IMG/VR virus record: IMGVR_UViG_3300046007_012472
Location: 1 to 64,000 of that record
Source of the DNA: a virus
Strand: one strand, 5' to 3'
DNA: 64,000 nt
The notes under the pieces were generated by a model that saw only the letters and a program-made list of their open reading frames with translations, was not told the DNA's origin and did no database searches. Shown in pieces: positions 25,201 to 34,315 of the stretch (its first letter is position 1; every line of letters begins with the position of its first letter). A program made the position numbers and the translations under genes.

Positions 25201-27490
25201 TTCGGTTCAAATAATAAATTATTCCCACGCACAACTTTCAAAAAATTGCGATGGATGTAAAATAAGAATATTGAATGTTGAACCTGCTTCTAGTGTTAAA
25301 CTTTATCACCCGTGGGCAGCTGATGAATTGCCGGGGTTATGTGGTCCGGCTGGATCATTTAGTTTAGATGATTATAATAATTACAAAAGATCAGCCAGTC
25401 TATTTAAAAGAAACCCAGGAATAACAGGAACAAATGACTTTGATGACGGTGATCTTCCTCCTCATCTTGTCCTCGAAGGACTTGAAAGTTTCGTCAGAGT
25501 AGAATTTACTCAGCCTATAGGAGCTGAAACATTACAGGATTTTCCTGAAGGGTTTGTCGATACTCATGGAAGTGAATATTTCTTGCCATATATCGTACTG
25601 GCAACGGCAGGACCATTTGGTGCACAATCGGCAAGGACAAACATAGCAGTTATCGGGCAAGATCCTTTTGGGTTCGATTTAGCTGTAAAGAAAATAAAGA
25701 ATAGAGATGATTTTGCAAATATGAATTTGATGTTTACAGATGATATTAAAGCAAAATTTGTCCCAGACGCTATAGAAAATGATCTAAATAAAAAACCGTA
25801 TCCTGATCTAAGAACTCCATTTGGAACATCTTCTTCTTGGATGAAAACAAATCAAAATTCACTTTTTTATAAACCAAAAGACGGTGTTGCAGATCTTTTC
25901 GTTCCCAATGGAGTACAGGATATATTCAGGGCATCTGCTTTAGAGAGAAGTTACCCAGCTAAGACATGGTGGGATATGTGGGTATCTTTGCCTCCCATGG
26001 CTGTATCTACATTTTACAATAGACATGATGTTACTGGAATAAGTAGAGCAGCAAGTGAAACAAGTCCAGGAATATCATATGGCGGTCCTGGAGTGGGATT
26101 CTATATTGAAAATGCATTAGTAGCAGAACCTTTCCTGTATACAGGAGGATGTTCCGGTCAGAGTGGGGATTCTTGTTCTCCTACAGATAAACCATGGCCA
26201 CTGTTCTTACACCCAGACACCGAACAATTTATTTCCGGTGCATTTGCATCTGATGCCGCTGTTATTCCGTTCTCGGAACTTTTCCAAACAGCAGAATTTG
26301 CAACAGGACCGGCAGGCACCACAACATTTATTCCTGGGAAAACTGCATCTGTATTGTCCAATGATCCATCAAACTATGTTTATAGAATTGCAAATTTCCC
26401 ACACATTCGAGATCTTGCAGGACTTTCTGCATTGGACAGGATACCGTATGATACCATATCATATCCAGTTGGAACTTTAATATGGGGATCTGGACTAAAT
26501 TCCACATACACCTATCCGGGGGGTGTGCTTTACGATCATCAACTTGTTCATTATTTTGATATTTCCAGAAAAACTCAATACGGTCTAGTCCAATTGAATT
26601 CGGACTCAATGCCGTCTTTGTTATCTTTAATAGGAGGAGTGGGCGGGGAGATAGAAAAAATTCAAGAGTACCAAAAATGGGTATCTAATAAACTCATAGA
26701 CTGGTATCAAAATACCATTTTTGACAACAATTTTTCGGCTCAATTTGTTGTTATGTCTAAAGTTGATGGCGGATGTAAGGGATACCAGTGTATGAATCCG
26801 GACGGATTTACCGGAATAGCCGGATGCCCACCAACCGATCCCCTGTGCAACTGCCCCTGCCAAGGAAAAGGTCAGAACAAAGGAAAACTACTATCAACAT
26901 ATGTTGAACCTAGTAGTGAAATGCCAGATGAAATAGTTTTGAGACCAGACTTGATGGACATGTACGAAGATAAATTTGTAGGAATCACAAAATCTCCTCA
27001 ATATTATTGGGGACAAGAACCATCATCTCTCCAATTGAAACAATTGGAAAAAACTCTTTCTGAATGCAATTTGGTAAAAAATCACCCTCAATTCGGAGAA
27101 TCTTGGTTGGGTTGTGTTTGGGATGACCCAGACAGCAAATATAATTGCATATGTCCGATCATAAATAAAAATTTCCCCCTATACATGAAGTATAACAGGA
27201 CAAATGCCACTTTCTGGGAAACACCATTAGAGGCACCATTATACAGAACAGCACAAATGGCACTGTTCAATTCAAATAAAATAACTATAGATGTGCCTGG
27301 AGATTTTTATCTTGTTACGGGAGATGTCGTAACTGTTGACGCTAAAAAACTTGGAACTGGCATGTATTCAAGATTTTCTGGTAAGTGGATTGTATCGACA
27401 ATAAAACATCTTTTTACGGGTGATGGTCACATGATGAGACTTGTTTTGTCTAGAGAATTGCCGCATCCAAGCGATGGAGAGGGGGATTAA
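22256..27490 (+). CDS. giant baseplate hub (gp27-like) protein with large internal insertion
   Basis: N-terminal ESMFEPTIKG...D and FFFW...WNFFSLE.L; C-terminal IDVPGD...GDVV...FSGKWIVSTIKH. Confidence 0.65.
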   Translation: MSEVNKFRLKDARILSTLDKNLAPFLLNTAGFRDPDTKTAGVMSLEVEESMFEPTIKGKALIRDYSGLGNNFGQVVFPYLGIGGYDILELTFETEKVTNGLPIPDGSEASYKFQFLIYAFSQESGEANSLYANSTVPRIITLKLASPEFALMNYLFFDYFGEQDENLELKEDLIIPISKTENKKEENKKEEEEQQEGVPYTGEGLVQFLVNGLNGQLKNNGLNEVPLKYEEALNWIWLKRNYNFYPWGKMASPPRMNQLVQMLAENAVHKDWKTNNTKAANFFFWRTLDSWNFFSLEKLVKLPPTRNYVLSGYMNYAESIQNLKSNNISEGLLRTSDEMDNLALLNSYAYGSNYVFVEPKYTDDPYSRYLDSAKAHIIQEIKYDYIEDGKYWSRLEQPEQVQFSLSRQLAFVPGSPAIQKFSKAISKNRIIDKNYGYFSPGFFNRQNNVPWEYYGYDYSTRQEETLWQTQFDITDLEGDRVRWLYKEIKQKLKQNQELYAKLKNLKEKWKVYKCSICCAGDIPGATLPAGTPGEIANIPGSTFEFKSEKFEKSFNLRDKNLSQYEIVAAGSFSDVLNYDSSKVGVGITFENEEGEIETFQNEWTKSGLTLSYNLNESPYNLSLGEFFSLEKEPDNFVKYRFDLEIKRHEKLKQILEKNKIARQIRKDKYIKGASGYTAAYKSKNEVCLQQGCTGTCLCPTEYPETVQNKVNLVVGAHEELSLHEDKIYAQIDPIIAKLQHLKNEFKDLYSKYWSRKAFFFSRNIDFSTFLTSGNNLFNIKSIKRTPIRGSKYEPFALRKPLAGNMVPGVTGALDYYGKPVASPVANPLWSGTTSTCMYPYEVPPYVDDLGYMNSVDSINTYNGNDVCGVTAVNVYYNRGYDSGALGVGGGNADFWSSFENPYSAFPYSEASEERPKGPIWYRNWLVSYRITILKPPCLNRQPPCFEGDCSCDEINLDLHMHFEAFANYKNAEILQGTPGTSGSVQIINYSHAQLSKNCDGCKIRILNVEPASSVKLYHPWAADELPGLCGPAGSFSLDDYNNYKRSASLFKRNPGITGTNDFDDGDLPPHLVLEGLESFVRVEFTQPIGAETLQDFPEGFVDTHGSEYFLPYIVLATAGPFGAQSARTNIAVIGQDPFGFDLAVKKIKNRDDFANMNLMFTDDIKAKFVPDAIENDLNKKPYPDLRTPFGTSSSWMKTNQNSLFYKPKDGVADLFVPNGVQDIFRASALERSYPAKTWWDMWVSLPPMAVSTFYNRHDVTGISRAASETSPGISYGGPGVGFYIENALVAEPFLYTGGCSGQSGDSCSPTDKPWPLFLHPDTEQFISGAFASDAAVIPFSELFQTAEFATGPAGTTTFIPGKTASVLSNDPSNYVYRIANFPHIRDLAGLSALDRIPYDTISYPVGTLIWGSGLNSTYTYPGGVLYDHQLVHYFDISRKTQYGLVQLNSDSMPSLLSLIGGVGGEIEKIQEYQKWVSNKLIDWYQNTIFDNNFSAQFVVMSKVDGGCKGYQCMNPDGFTGIAGCPPTDPLCNCPCQGKGQNKGKLLSTYVEPSSEMPDEIVLRPDLMDMYEDKFVGITKSPQYYWGQEPSSLQLKQLEKTLSECNLVKNHPQFGESWLGCVWDDPDSKYNCICPIINKNFPLYMKYNRTNATFWETPLEAPLYRTAQMALFNSNKITIDVPGDFYLVTGDVVTVDAKKLGTGMYSRFSGKWIVSTIKHLFTGDGHMMRLVLSRELPHPSDGEGD

Positions 27491-27493
27491 TAT

Positions 27494-27895
27494 ATGTCAT
27501 CTTTTAAACCAAACCTAGAAAGTTATAAAGATTTTGATTTTGATTTCTTTTCAAATGATGTTAGCAAAGATGTGAAAACCAGAACCGGAATGTCATCAAT
27601 ATCACAATCCATAAAAAATATAATCTTGACCTCTCCCGGAGAAAGACCCTTTTCAGACATAGGTTCGGATCTTTACAGTTATTTGTTCGAAAACCCAAAA
27701 GGAGACGAATTAGTTTACATAACAAGTCTAATAGTGGCTGCCATAGGAAAACATGAGCCCAGAGTTGTCGTGGAATATAATGATGTCACGGTGACAAACG
27801 AGGGAAATGGCAAACTAACAATAAATATTAAATATAGAATGGCAAACAATTTAGAATCCAACTTGGTTCAAACATTAAATTTAACTTTGGAATAG
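27494..27895 (+). CDS. 25: baseplate wedge subunit gp25
   Basis: YKDFD, SIKNIILT.PGERPF..IGS, HEPRV. Confidence 0.93.
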   Translation: MSSFKPNLESYKDFDFDFFSNDVSKDVKTRTGMSSISQSIKNIILTSPGERPFSDIGSDLYSYLFENPKGDELVYITSLIVAAIGKHEPRVVVEYNDVTVTNEGNGKLTINIKYRMANNLESNLVQTLNLTLE

Positions 27896-27902
27896 AGGAA
27901 CA

Positions 27903-29663
27903 ATGGCGGCGAATGATATTACAATCTCAGATTTAACTTTTGAAGGCATCAGAGACTCACTGATTGAGTATTTGAAAAAACAAAACACATTCAAAGATTA
28001 TAATTTTGAAGGTTCTGCCATTCGAACTTTAATTGACCTATTGGCATACAATACTTTTTATTATGGTTACTATTCGAATATGATGGCAAACGAGATGTTT
28101 TTGGATACGGCTAAAATGGAAAATTCCATGATATCCCTAACCAAACCATTAGGTTATGTTGTTTACAATTCCTTGTCTGCAAAATCAACACTTAAGCTAA
28201 CCGATGTAAATCCATCATATTCTTCCTTATCTGCATTTTCCACATTTAAAGGAACAAATCCGGCGGGTAGACCTTATTATTTCTACAACATAAGATCTAT
28301 AGCAATAAAGGAAAGTGATGTTATAAATGGTTTATATGAAACACCTTCTTTTGAGGTGTATGAAGGAAGGGGTCTTATCAGAAGACAATTGGTTCAGGTC
28401 GATCTAACAACTCAAAGTTTTTCTTTACCTAATGTGGAGATAGATCCAAGAACAATAACCATTGAAGTCGGGGATGCGAATAGCGAAAATCTTTCATTGT
28501 GGACGAATTACTATTTGTCTCCCGATACCATTGTCGGATCAAATACCGAAGTGTTTTTTATCGAGAGAACAAAAGTTGGATATAATGTGAATTTTGGAAA
28601 AATATCTTTTGATGACGATGGTGGGTCCAGCAATGGAAAACAAATAACAGATCAAAATACGGTATATGTCTCATATCTGGTGTCATCGGGTTCAAATGCA
28701 AACGGAATATCAAACATAAAATTTGTATCTGACCCTGTTAATTCTTTGATTGCAAAACAAACAACTTTAGTAGAAATGTTGATAAATTCCAGAAACGGAA
28801 CATCTTCTCCCGATTTGGATGAAATACGATTCTTCGCTCCCAAGTCATTTGCAAGCCAGGGAAGAGTCGTTACAAAAAATGATTACTATGCTGTATTGAA
28901 CGAATTGGGATATGGTGCAGGAACATCCCCTGAATTTGGATATAAAGTTTTTGGAGGAGAAGAAGCGACTCCGCCCGTTTACGGTAGAGTCTTTGTGAGC
29001 ATAATAGATTTGAATCCTACAGATGAAAGTGATTATACGCAACAAAGCGAAATAAACAGGATTCTATCCACACTGAAAAATAAATCTGTAGTTAGTATTT
29101 TGCCAGAATACCTAGCACCATTCACGGTCAAAATTGCTTTAACATTATCGTTGACCAACAAAGCTTCAAAATCTCCCGGAGTTGCTGGTCAAATAAGAAC
29201 CTCTGTCAGAAACGCTCTTGAAGCCGAATATGGAGCGAAGAAATATGACAGGAGTTTTATAGAAATCGACATTAAAAATATAGCCAGAAATGCTTATTTG
29301 GGAACCGATGTTCCGAATGTTTTTATGGATATAATTATATCAAGTCCAAAAGTGCCAGATGCTCAGGCAAGAAAAATAAATTTGAAAAATCAAATAAGTT
29401 CGGTAAAAATAACAGGATTTGACGATCCAAATTATTACGCACAAGACAACGGCAAACACATATATTTGTATCAAAAAACGACTCTTATATCCAAAGATCC
29501 TATAGGTGAAGTTGATTTGACTAATGGAATAATAAGCATATATCCGAATGTCACCTCAAATGAATTGGTATTTTCAGTTAAAGTACCTGATAATAATTTT
29601 ACGGCAAAAGACGAGATTGTATCATACTTAGACACCACAAACGATTTAAAGATTAACATCTAA
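27903..29663 (+). CDS. 6: baseplate wedge subunit gp6
   Basis: FKDYNFEGS...LIDLLAYNT, NEMFLDTA, APK.F.SQ.R.VT..DY, GGEE..PP.YGRVF. Confidence 0.95.
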   Translation: MAANDITISDLTFEGIRDSLIEYLKKQNTFKDYNFEGSAIRTLIDLLAYNTFYYGYYSNMMANEMFLDTAKMENSMISLTKPLGYVVYNSLSAKSTLKLTDVNPSYSSLSAFSTFKGTNPAGRPYYFYNIRSIAIKESDVINGLYETPSFEVYEGRGLIRRQLVQVDLTTQSFSLPNVEIDPRTITIEVGDANSENLSLWTNYYLSPDTIVGSNTEVFFIERTKVGYNVNFGKISFDDDGGSSNGKQITDQNTVYVSYLVSSGSNANGISNIKFVSDPVNSLIAKQTTLVEMLINSRNGTSSPDLDEIRFFAPKSFASQGRVVTKNDYYAVLNELGYGAGTSPEFGYKVFGGEEATPPVYGRVFVSIIDLNPTDESDYTQQSEINRILSTLKNKSVVSILPEYLAPFTVKIALTLSLTNKASKSPGVAGQIRTSVRNALEAEYGAKKYDRSFIEIDIKNIARNAYLGTDVPNVFMDIIISSPKVPDAQARKINLKNQISSVKITGFDDPNYYAQDNGKHIYLYQKTTLISKDPIGEVDLTNGIISIYPNVTSNELVFSVKVPDNNFTAKDEIVSYLDTTNDLKINI

Positions 29664-30838
29664 TGCTACTTTTTTTCAGAGGCGCAACATTCCCCACACC
29701 CACCGGCATCTTTCAAAAGATGCAGGCAAATTCTGCTTCAGCACTTGATATTAAGAAGCAAAATTTCAATCCGGTACAAGTAAAAAACCAAATACCTTTT
29801 TGGTTAACAAAAGAATCTTCTAATTTCACAAGATTTTTACAACTGTATTATGATTGGCTAGCTAATTCTTTTGGTTATTCGGGTGCAAATGTGATGGACA
29901 TCGCCAAATTATTCGATGTCGATGAGACACCAGAATTTCTATTGCCGAATTTCGTGAAAAATTATGCTCCTGATATACAGGGAATTTATAATATTGATCC
30001 GGAAAACAGGCCAACACCGGAACAGATAAGAAGAACAATTAAAAACATCAAGACTGAATTGTATCAAAGAAAGTCAAACGAAGATGCATTCAGGACATTG
30101 ATGTCATCTCTTTTTGGAATTACTGCAGATACGATCAGAATCAGTTATCCAAAAAGAAAATTGATGAGATTGAACGGTGGTAGATTAGATTGGATGATAA
30201 ACACCGATTATTATGGTGTGACGGGAGAATATTCACAAGACAGATATACCATGGTTGGAAGCCACTTGAATCAAGGAGTATTGCCGGATTCAAACATGTG
30301 GCAGGATTTTTCATATGTTTTGAGTTCTGAAATAGACGATTCAAATCCATATTACGAAGCGGTTGTGAAGGAAACATTACATCCTGCTGGAATCCTTGGT
30401 CTATATGAAAAGATAGAACGATATTCGGAGGGTGATTATGAACCCGGTCCAATAGAAAATTATGAGATTCCTAAAGTGGCTAATTATTATCCTTACAATT
30501 TACAGTCAACAGCAACATTACCCAGATGCACTGGTTGCACAGGAGAATTAAGTTTTAATGGCTGGAAATATCCAACCTTTGAATATCCATCTTGGGATCT
30601 TGAAATATCAAGCAAAACTCCTGTAGATTTTGGAGATATAACATTGAATGATTTTTTTACACTGTCTCCGGTTGAAGGACAAGTTTGGCCAAATGATGAG
30701 ATAGGAACATCTTGTGTTATTTCTTGTGGAGAAAGTGGTGATATAGAATTTAAATACTCTATAAACAATGATTTGACAGTTTCTGAACAAAGTGAAATAG
30801 ACAGCAACAATGTGTTCTTTGAAAAGGCACAGGAGTAA
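29663..30838 (+). CDS. baseplate wedge subunit gp7-like (short)
   Basis: QIPFW...F..FL..YY.W, LY..KS, DS.MWQDFSYV, LHPAG; follows gp6. Confidence 0.7.
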   Translation: MLLFFRGATFPTPTGIFQKMQANSASALDIKKQNFNPVQVKNQIPFWLTKESSNFTRFLQLYYDWLANSFGYSGANVMDIAKLFDVDETPEFLLPNFVKNYAPDIQGIYNIDPENRPTPEQIRRTIKNIKTELYQRKSNEDAFRTLMSSLFGITADTIRISYPKRKLMRLNGGRLDWMINTDYYGVTGEYSQDRYTMVGSHLNQGVLPDSNMWQDFSYVLSSEIDDSNPYYEAVVKETLHPAGILGLYEKIERYSEGDYEPGPIENYEIPKVANYYPYNLQSTATLPRCTGCTGELSFNGWKYPTFEYPSWDLEISSKTPVDFGDITLNDFFTLSPVEGQVWPNDEIGTSCVISCGESGDIEFKYSINNDLTVSEQSEIDSNNVFFEKAQE

Positions 30839-30842
30839 TCAA

Positions 30843-33239
30843 ATGGCATTTTTAGAAGGTTTAACTTTAGCAGAAGTAAATAAAGCAATACTTATTGAAA
30901 ATACAAGCTCGACAAGATTCAAACAGTATTTTTTGATTACTTATGATATTACCACTGGACAAATAGAAGCAGAAAAAACATTATCTAATGATTTTCCTCA
31001 GGGGGCTAGTTTAATATTTGCATATTCAGATCCAGGAAAAAAAGTGATAATACTCACTGGTGAAAGAGTAGTCAATGGAATCTTCGAGTCCGAATCAGTT
31101 TCAGCAACATTTGATGTTGGGTTCCAGCCAAATCAATATCTTTCATACACAAAATATCCAGATCAGTCGTCTTCATATTCTGATAATTATGTGATAAGAG
31201 GAACTACATTCTCTTTTGATGTTATTGAAGAAAATTCGGCAACAGAACCAAAAACATATATTTGGAATTATGGAGAAGGAATAACATTTTCAGGAAGAAC
31301 TGCAAATACTCAAATAATTAGATTTGACAGAGTTGGACCGAAAACAGTTGGACTTACCATTTCAAATATTTTTGGAGAAAATCAATCTAGCATAACATTT
31401 TTCCCAATATCCACTCCGATATTTTCAATTTCAGCTAATCCTACATTTGGTGATGTCAGAATAACCAGACAAATAGGTCTGACTGCAAGTATTGTTGGAT
31501 TGAATGGTCATTTATATGGTGATATTAACTTTACTTGGCAAATAGATGGTCAAACATATTCTGGAAATGCAATAAATCATATTTTTGGTTCTACTGGAAC
31601 CAAAGGTGTAACTTTGATTTATGGTAGTAAAATATTGACAGGATTAAGCGGTTCGACATATGGTCAATATGTTGTTCTTCAAGAAGAGTTTCCGTTGTAT
31701 TATGAACCCGATTTGATGGTTGCATTTTATAAAAATGAACCAGAGTATGCCTATTACGCAAACGAAATGAAAAAATATGGCTCAGCGTACAAATATCTAA
31801 GTCCCAGGGCTACTGGTGGGTATGCGACATGCACATACAACGCAACCATCGCCACTTTTGAATATTTTTCTGATGAAGAAAAAGCCATGCCTATAATGAT
31901 AAATGCGGAATATCCTTGGCTGGAGATACTTTACAGAAAAAATAGTTCTGAACTGGATTCCAAATGGATTACCGATCCTACAGTTGTTCAAGAAGCTCAA
32001 AGACAAGGTGTGACATTAACCGGTTTGACTTTGGCTGGGTACAAGGAAATAGCAGTGAGATGTTGGACAGATATTGTTGAGAGAATGCGAAACAGAGGCT
32101 GTCCAAAAATGATTCACTATGCCTCAACTGCCCAAGCATTTTCCGACTATACGGGAGTTCCTGTCGGAATGCTGGAATATGGTCCTTTACCCGGTGTTAC
32201 TGAAACTCATTATTGGTATCAAGCCAATTCGGTATACAATCCAACAATGAGAGAAAACTTCAATACCAAGATAAATGAAAATTCATATGGTGCTATGGCA
32301 AGAGCACAATCAAATGCAGATGCACATGGAGCGGCTGCTTATTGTTTTGTTCCTAATTCAGCAAGAGGAATTTGTGGTATTTCTTCTTGGTCTTCAACGG
32401 ACATAGTGTTGAGAGGTTACAGTGGTGGAACCAGCTTTACTAATGCTACAGATTTTACCCAAGCTGTATTGGAAGACGCAGTAAAGGTGACATCAGCTAA
32501 GATGTGGCTTGAATATTACAGAGCATGTAATGAAAGTGTTTCTTTAGGTTTTATGGCTAGAAGAGATATGCCACAAAAAATAGCACCTATTGTAATATAC
32601 AGTATAGAATCTATTTTCTTGTTTGCAAATCCCGGTGGGGGATGGAGAAGTCGTTATAAATGGCATGGATCTCAGAACAAAGATCCAGAAAAAACAGCTG
32701 AAAATGAAATTGCTGCAATATTCAGAACTAACAGTAGAATAGATTATACAACTTACGATGAAATAAAATTACCGGATGAGATATGGATATGGGACGCAAG
32801 AAGATATTATAATTTAAATATACCATCACAATTCTTTGATAACCCAAGTGTTGTGACCAAAGACAAAGTGGAATGCTGGATGATGAGAAATGCACTCGAA
32901 CGAGAATTTTTTGGAAGACCGCAATTGAGTTCAGGAAATACTTTATGGTATACCGCAAGCACTGGGGACAACATTACATATTACAGAGATAATTCTTTGT
33001 CCAATTATTTCTGGAACAATATATCTAGTGTATGGTGGGGGTTTAGTGGGGGAACATTCACGAATATGTTGCCCTCACCTTGTAAACTAGATCAAACTTC
33101 ATCTCTGGCACCTTGGTTGAATTTTAATCAAACAATTTTCAGAAATGATGTATTCAAAGCAATAAACCATAAGTTGAGTACAGATTCATTGAATTATATC
33201 ATAAAGGCTAGGGAAAAGCTAAACGAAATATTCCGGTAA
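30843..33239 (+). CDS. structural protein with PKD/Ig-like domains
   Basis: YIWNYGEG...VGLTISNIFG and FTWQIDG...HIF...G.KGVTL PKD-like patterns. Confidence 0.7.
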   Translation: MAFLEGLTLAEVNKAILIENTSSTRFKQYFLITYDITTGQIEAEKTLSNDFPQGASLIFAYSDPGKKVIILTGERVVNGIFESESVSATFDVGFQPNQYLSYTKYPDQSSSYSDNYVIRGTTFSFDVIEENSATEPKTYIWNYGEGITFSGRTANTQIIRFDRVGPKTVGLTISNIFGENQSSITFFPISTPIFSISANPTFGDVRITRQIGLTASIVGLNGHLYGDINFTWQIDGQTYSGNAINHIFGSTGTKGVTLIYGSKILTGLSGSTYGQYVVLQEEFPLYYEPDLMVAFYKNEPEYAYYANEMKKYGSAYKYLSPRATGGYATCTYNATIATFEYFSDEEKAMPIMINAEYPWLEILYRKNSSELDSKWITDPTVVQEAQRQGVTLTGLTLAGYKEIAVRCWTDIVERMRNRGCPKMIHYASTAQAFSDYTGVPVGMLEYGPLPGVTETHYWYQANSVYNPTMRENFNTKINENSYGAMARAQSNADAHGAAAYCFVPNSARGICGISSWSSTDIVLRGYSGGTSFTNATDFTQAVLEDAVKVTSAKMWLEYYRACNESVSLGFMARRDMPQKIAPIVIYSIESIFLFANPGGGWRSRYKWHGSQNKDPEKTAENEIAAIFRTNSRIDYTTYDEIKLPDEIWIWDARRYYNLNIPSQFFDNPSVVTKDKVECWMMRNALEREFFGRPQLSSGNTLWYTASTGDNITYYRDNSLSNYFWNNISSVWWGFSGGTFTNMLPSPCKLDQTSSLAPWLNFNQTIFRNDVFKAINHKLSTDSLNYIIKAREKLNEIFR

Positions 33240-33242
33240 AAG

Positions 33243-33272
33243 AAAAACCCCGCCGAAAGGCGGGGTTTTTTT
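33243..33272. terminator. bidirectional intrinsic terminator
   Basis: AAAAA-CCCCGCC-GAAA-GGCGGGG-TTTTTTT between convergent genes. Confidence 0.92.
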
Positions 33273-33288
33273 ACTTCCCAAGCTGAAC

Positions 33289-33414
33289 TTACTTATTCCA
33301 AGGGAATTTTGCACTTACCCATTTCCAGAGTGCTGGACCGATGGCTGCTCCGGCAACAAAAACAAGTGCGGTGTAAAAAACTTTTCCGAGTGTGTCTGCG
33401 AAGAAGAATTCCAT
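33289..33414 (-). CDS. 41 aa single-TM membrane peptide (not in ORF track)
   Basis: MEFFFADTLGKVFYTALVFVAGAAIGPALWKWVSAKFPWNK; AAAGGAG RBS. Confidence 0.75.
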   Translation of the reverse strand: MEFFFADTLGKVFYTALVFVAGAAIGPALWKWVSAKFPWNK

Positions 33415-33428
33415 TTTTTGCTCCTTTG

Positions 33429-34277
33429 TTATGATCTGTCGTATTTCAGTGTTCTTGTAATTCTGTTGTATTTTCTTTCAGCACCAGCCGGACGAACATT
33501 TTGCTGAACGGTTGTGAAAGTATAACCACCTGCAGTTTTACCCATTGCATTTATAAATCCAGATTTGATCTGGCCATTAATAACTGCTTGGCTCTTTGTA
33601 GCTTGTGCGGTGAAAATAACAGAATCAATGTTTGAAGGGGTGTTTATTTCTACCTTATCAACACCTAATCCAACATTTGTGCTAGTTCCAAAATAAGTTC
33701 TATCAGTTCTGGCTGGCTGAATTCCATCCACTAAAATTATTTCTGCAGTCAATCCTGTAGTAATCAATGAACCTCTTTCGACTAATACTTCATCCCATTG
33801 ACCAGAAGTGTAGAAAGTTGCGGTTTGTCCATCCATGTGTGCAAATTGGATTGATCCAGATGGAAGATTATTGATTGATATTTCTGCATTATTTGCGGTT
33901 AGTCCAATGTAAAGTCTGTCCACAATTAGATTTATTGGGCCTGTAATACTACCGAAAGAATAGCCTAGATTGGGGGCACTCAAGAATCTTTCACCATATC
34001 TTGGTTCTATTGTAATTGTGATTCCTTCAGCCCAGTTTTTTGCAGCACCTTCTCCTGTATATCCCGGCCAATATTTGAAACCAGAGGAAATACCTATTAA
34101 GCAAGCAGAACGAGCAGTTGCACCAAAAATGACCGTATCGCCACCGAAAGGCCAAGTTGTAGCTAGTGCTCCTGATACCGTGTTTGTTAAGAAATGACCG
34201 AAAGTGTGACCCCATTCATTAGCGGTTGGACCAACTCCACCAACTTGTGTGACACCTGCCCAGTAGTATGTCGCCAT
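33429..34277 (-). CDS. late hypothetical protein, probably structural
   Basis: AAGGAG RBS; CATAAATA upstream; beta-rich. Confidence 0.7.
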   Translation of the reverse strand: MATYYWAGVTQVGGVGPTANEWGHTFGHFLTNTVSGALATTWPFGGDTVIFGATARSACLIGISSGFKYWPGYTGEGAAKNWAEGITITIEPRYGERFLSAPNLGYSFGSITGPINLIVDRLYIGLTANNAEISINNLPSGSIQFAHMDGQTATFYTSGQWDEVLVERGSLITTGLTAEIILVDGIQPARTDRTYFGTSTNVGLGVDKVEINTPSNIDSVIFTAQATKSQAVINGQIKSGFINAMGKTAGGYTFTTVQQNVRPAGAERKYNRITRTLKYDRS

Positions 34278-34315
34278 TTAATGACTCCTTGTTAGATATG
34301 ACTATTTATGTATAT

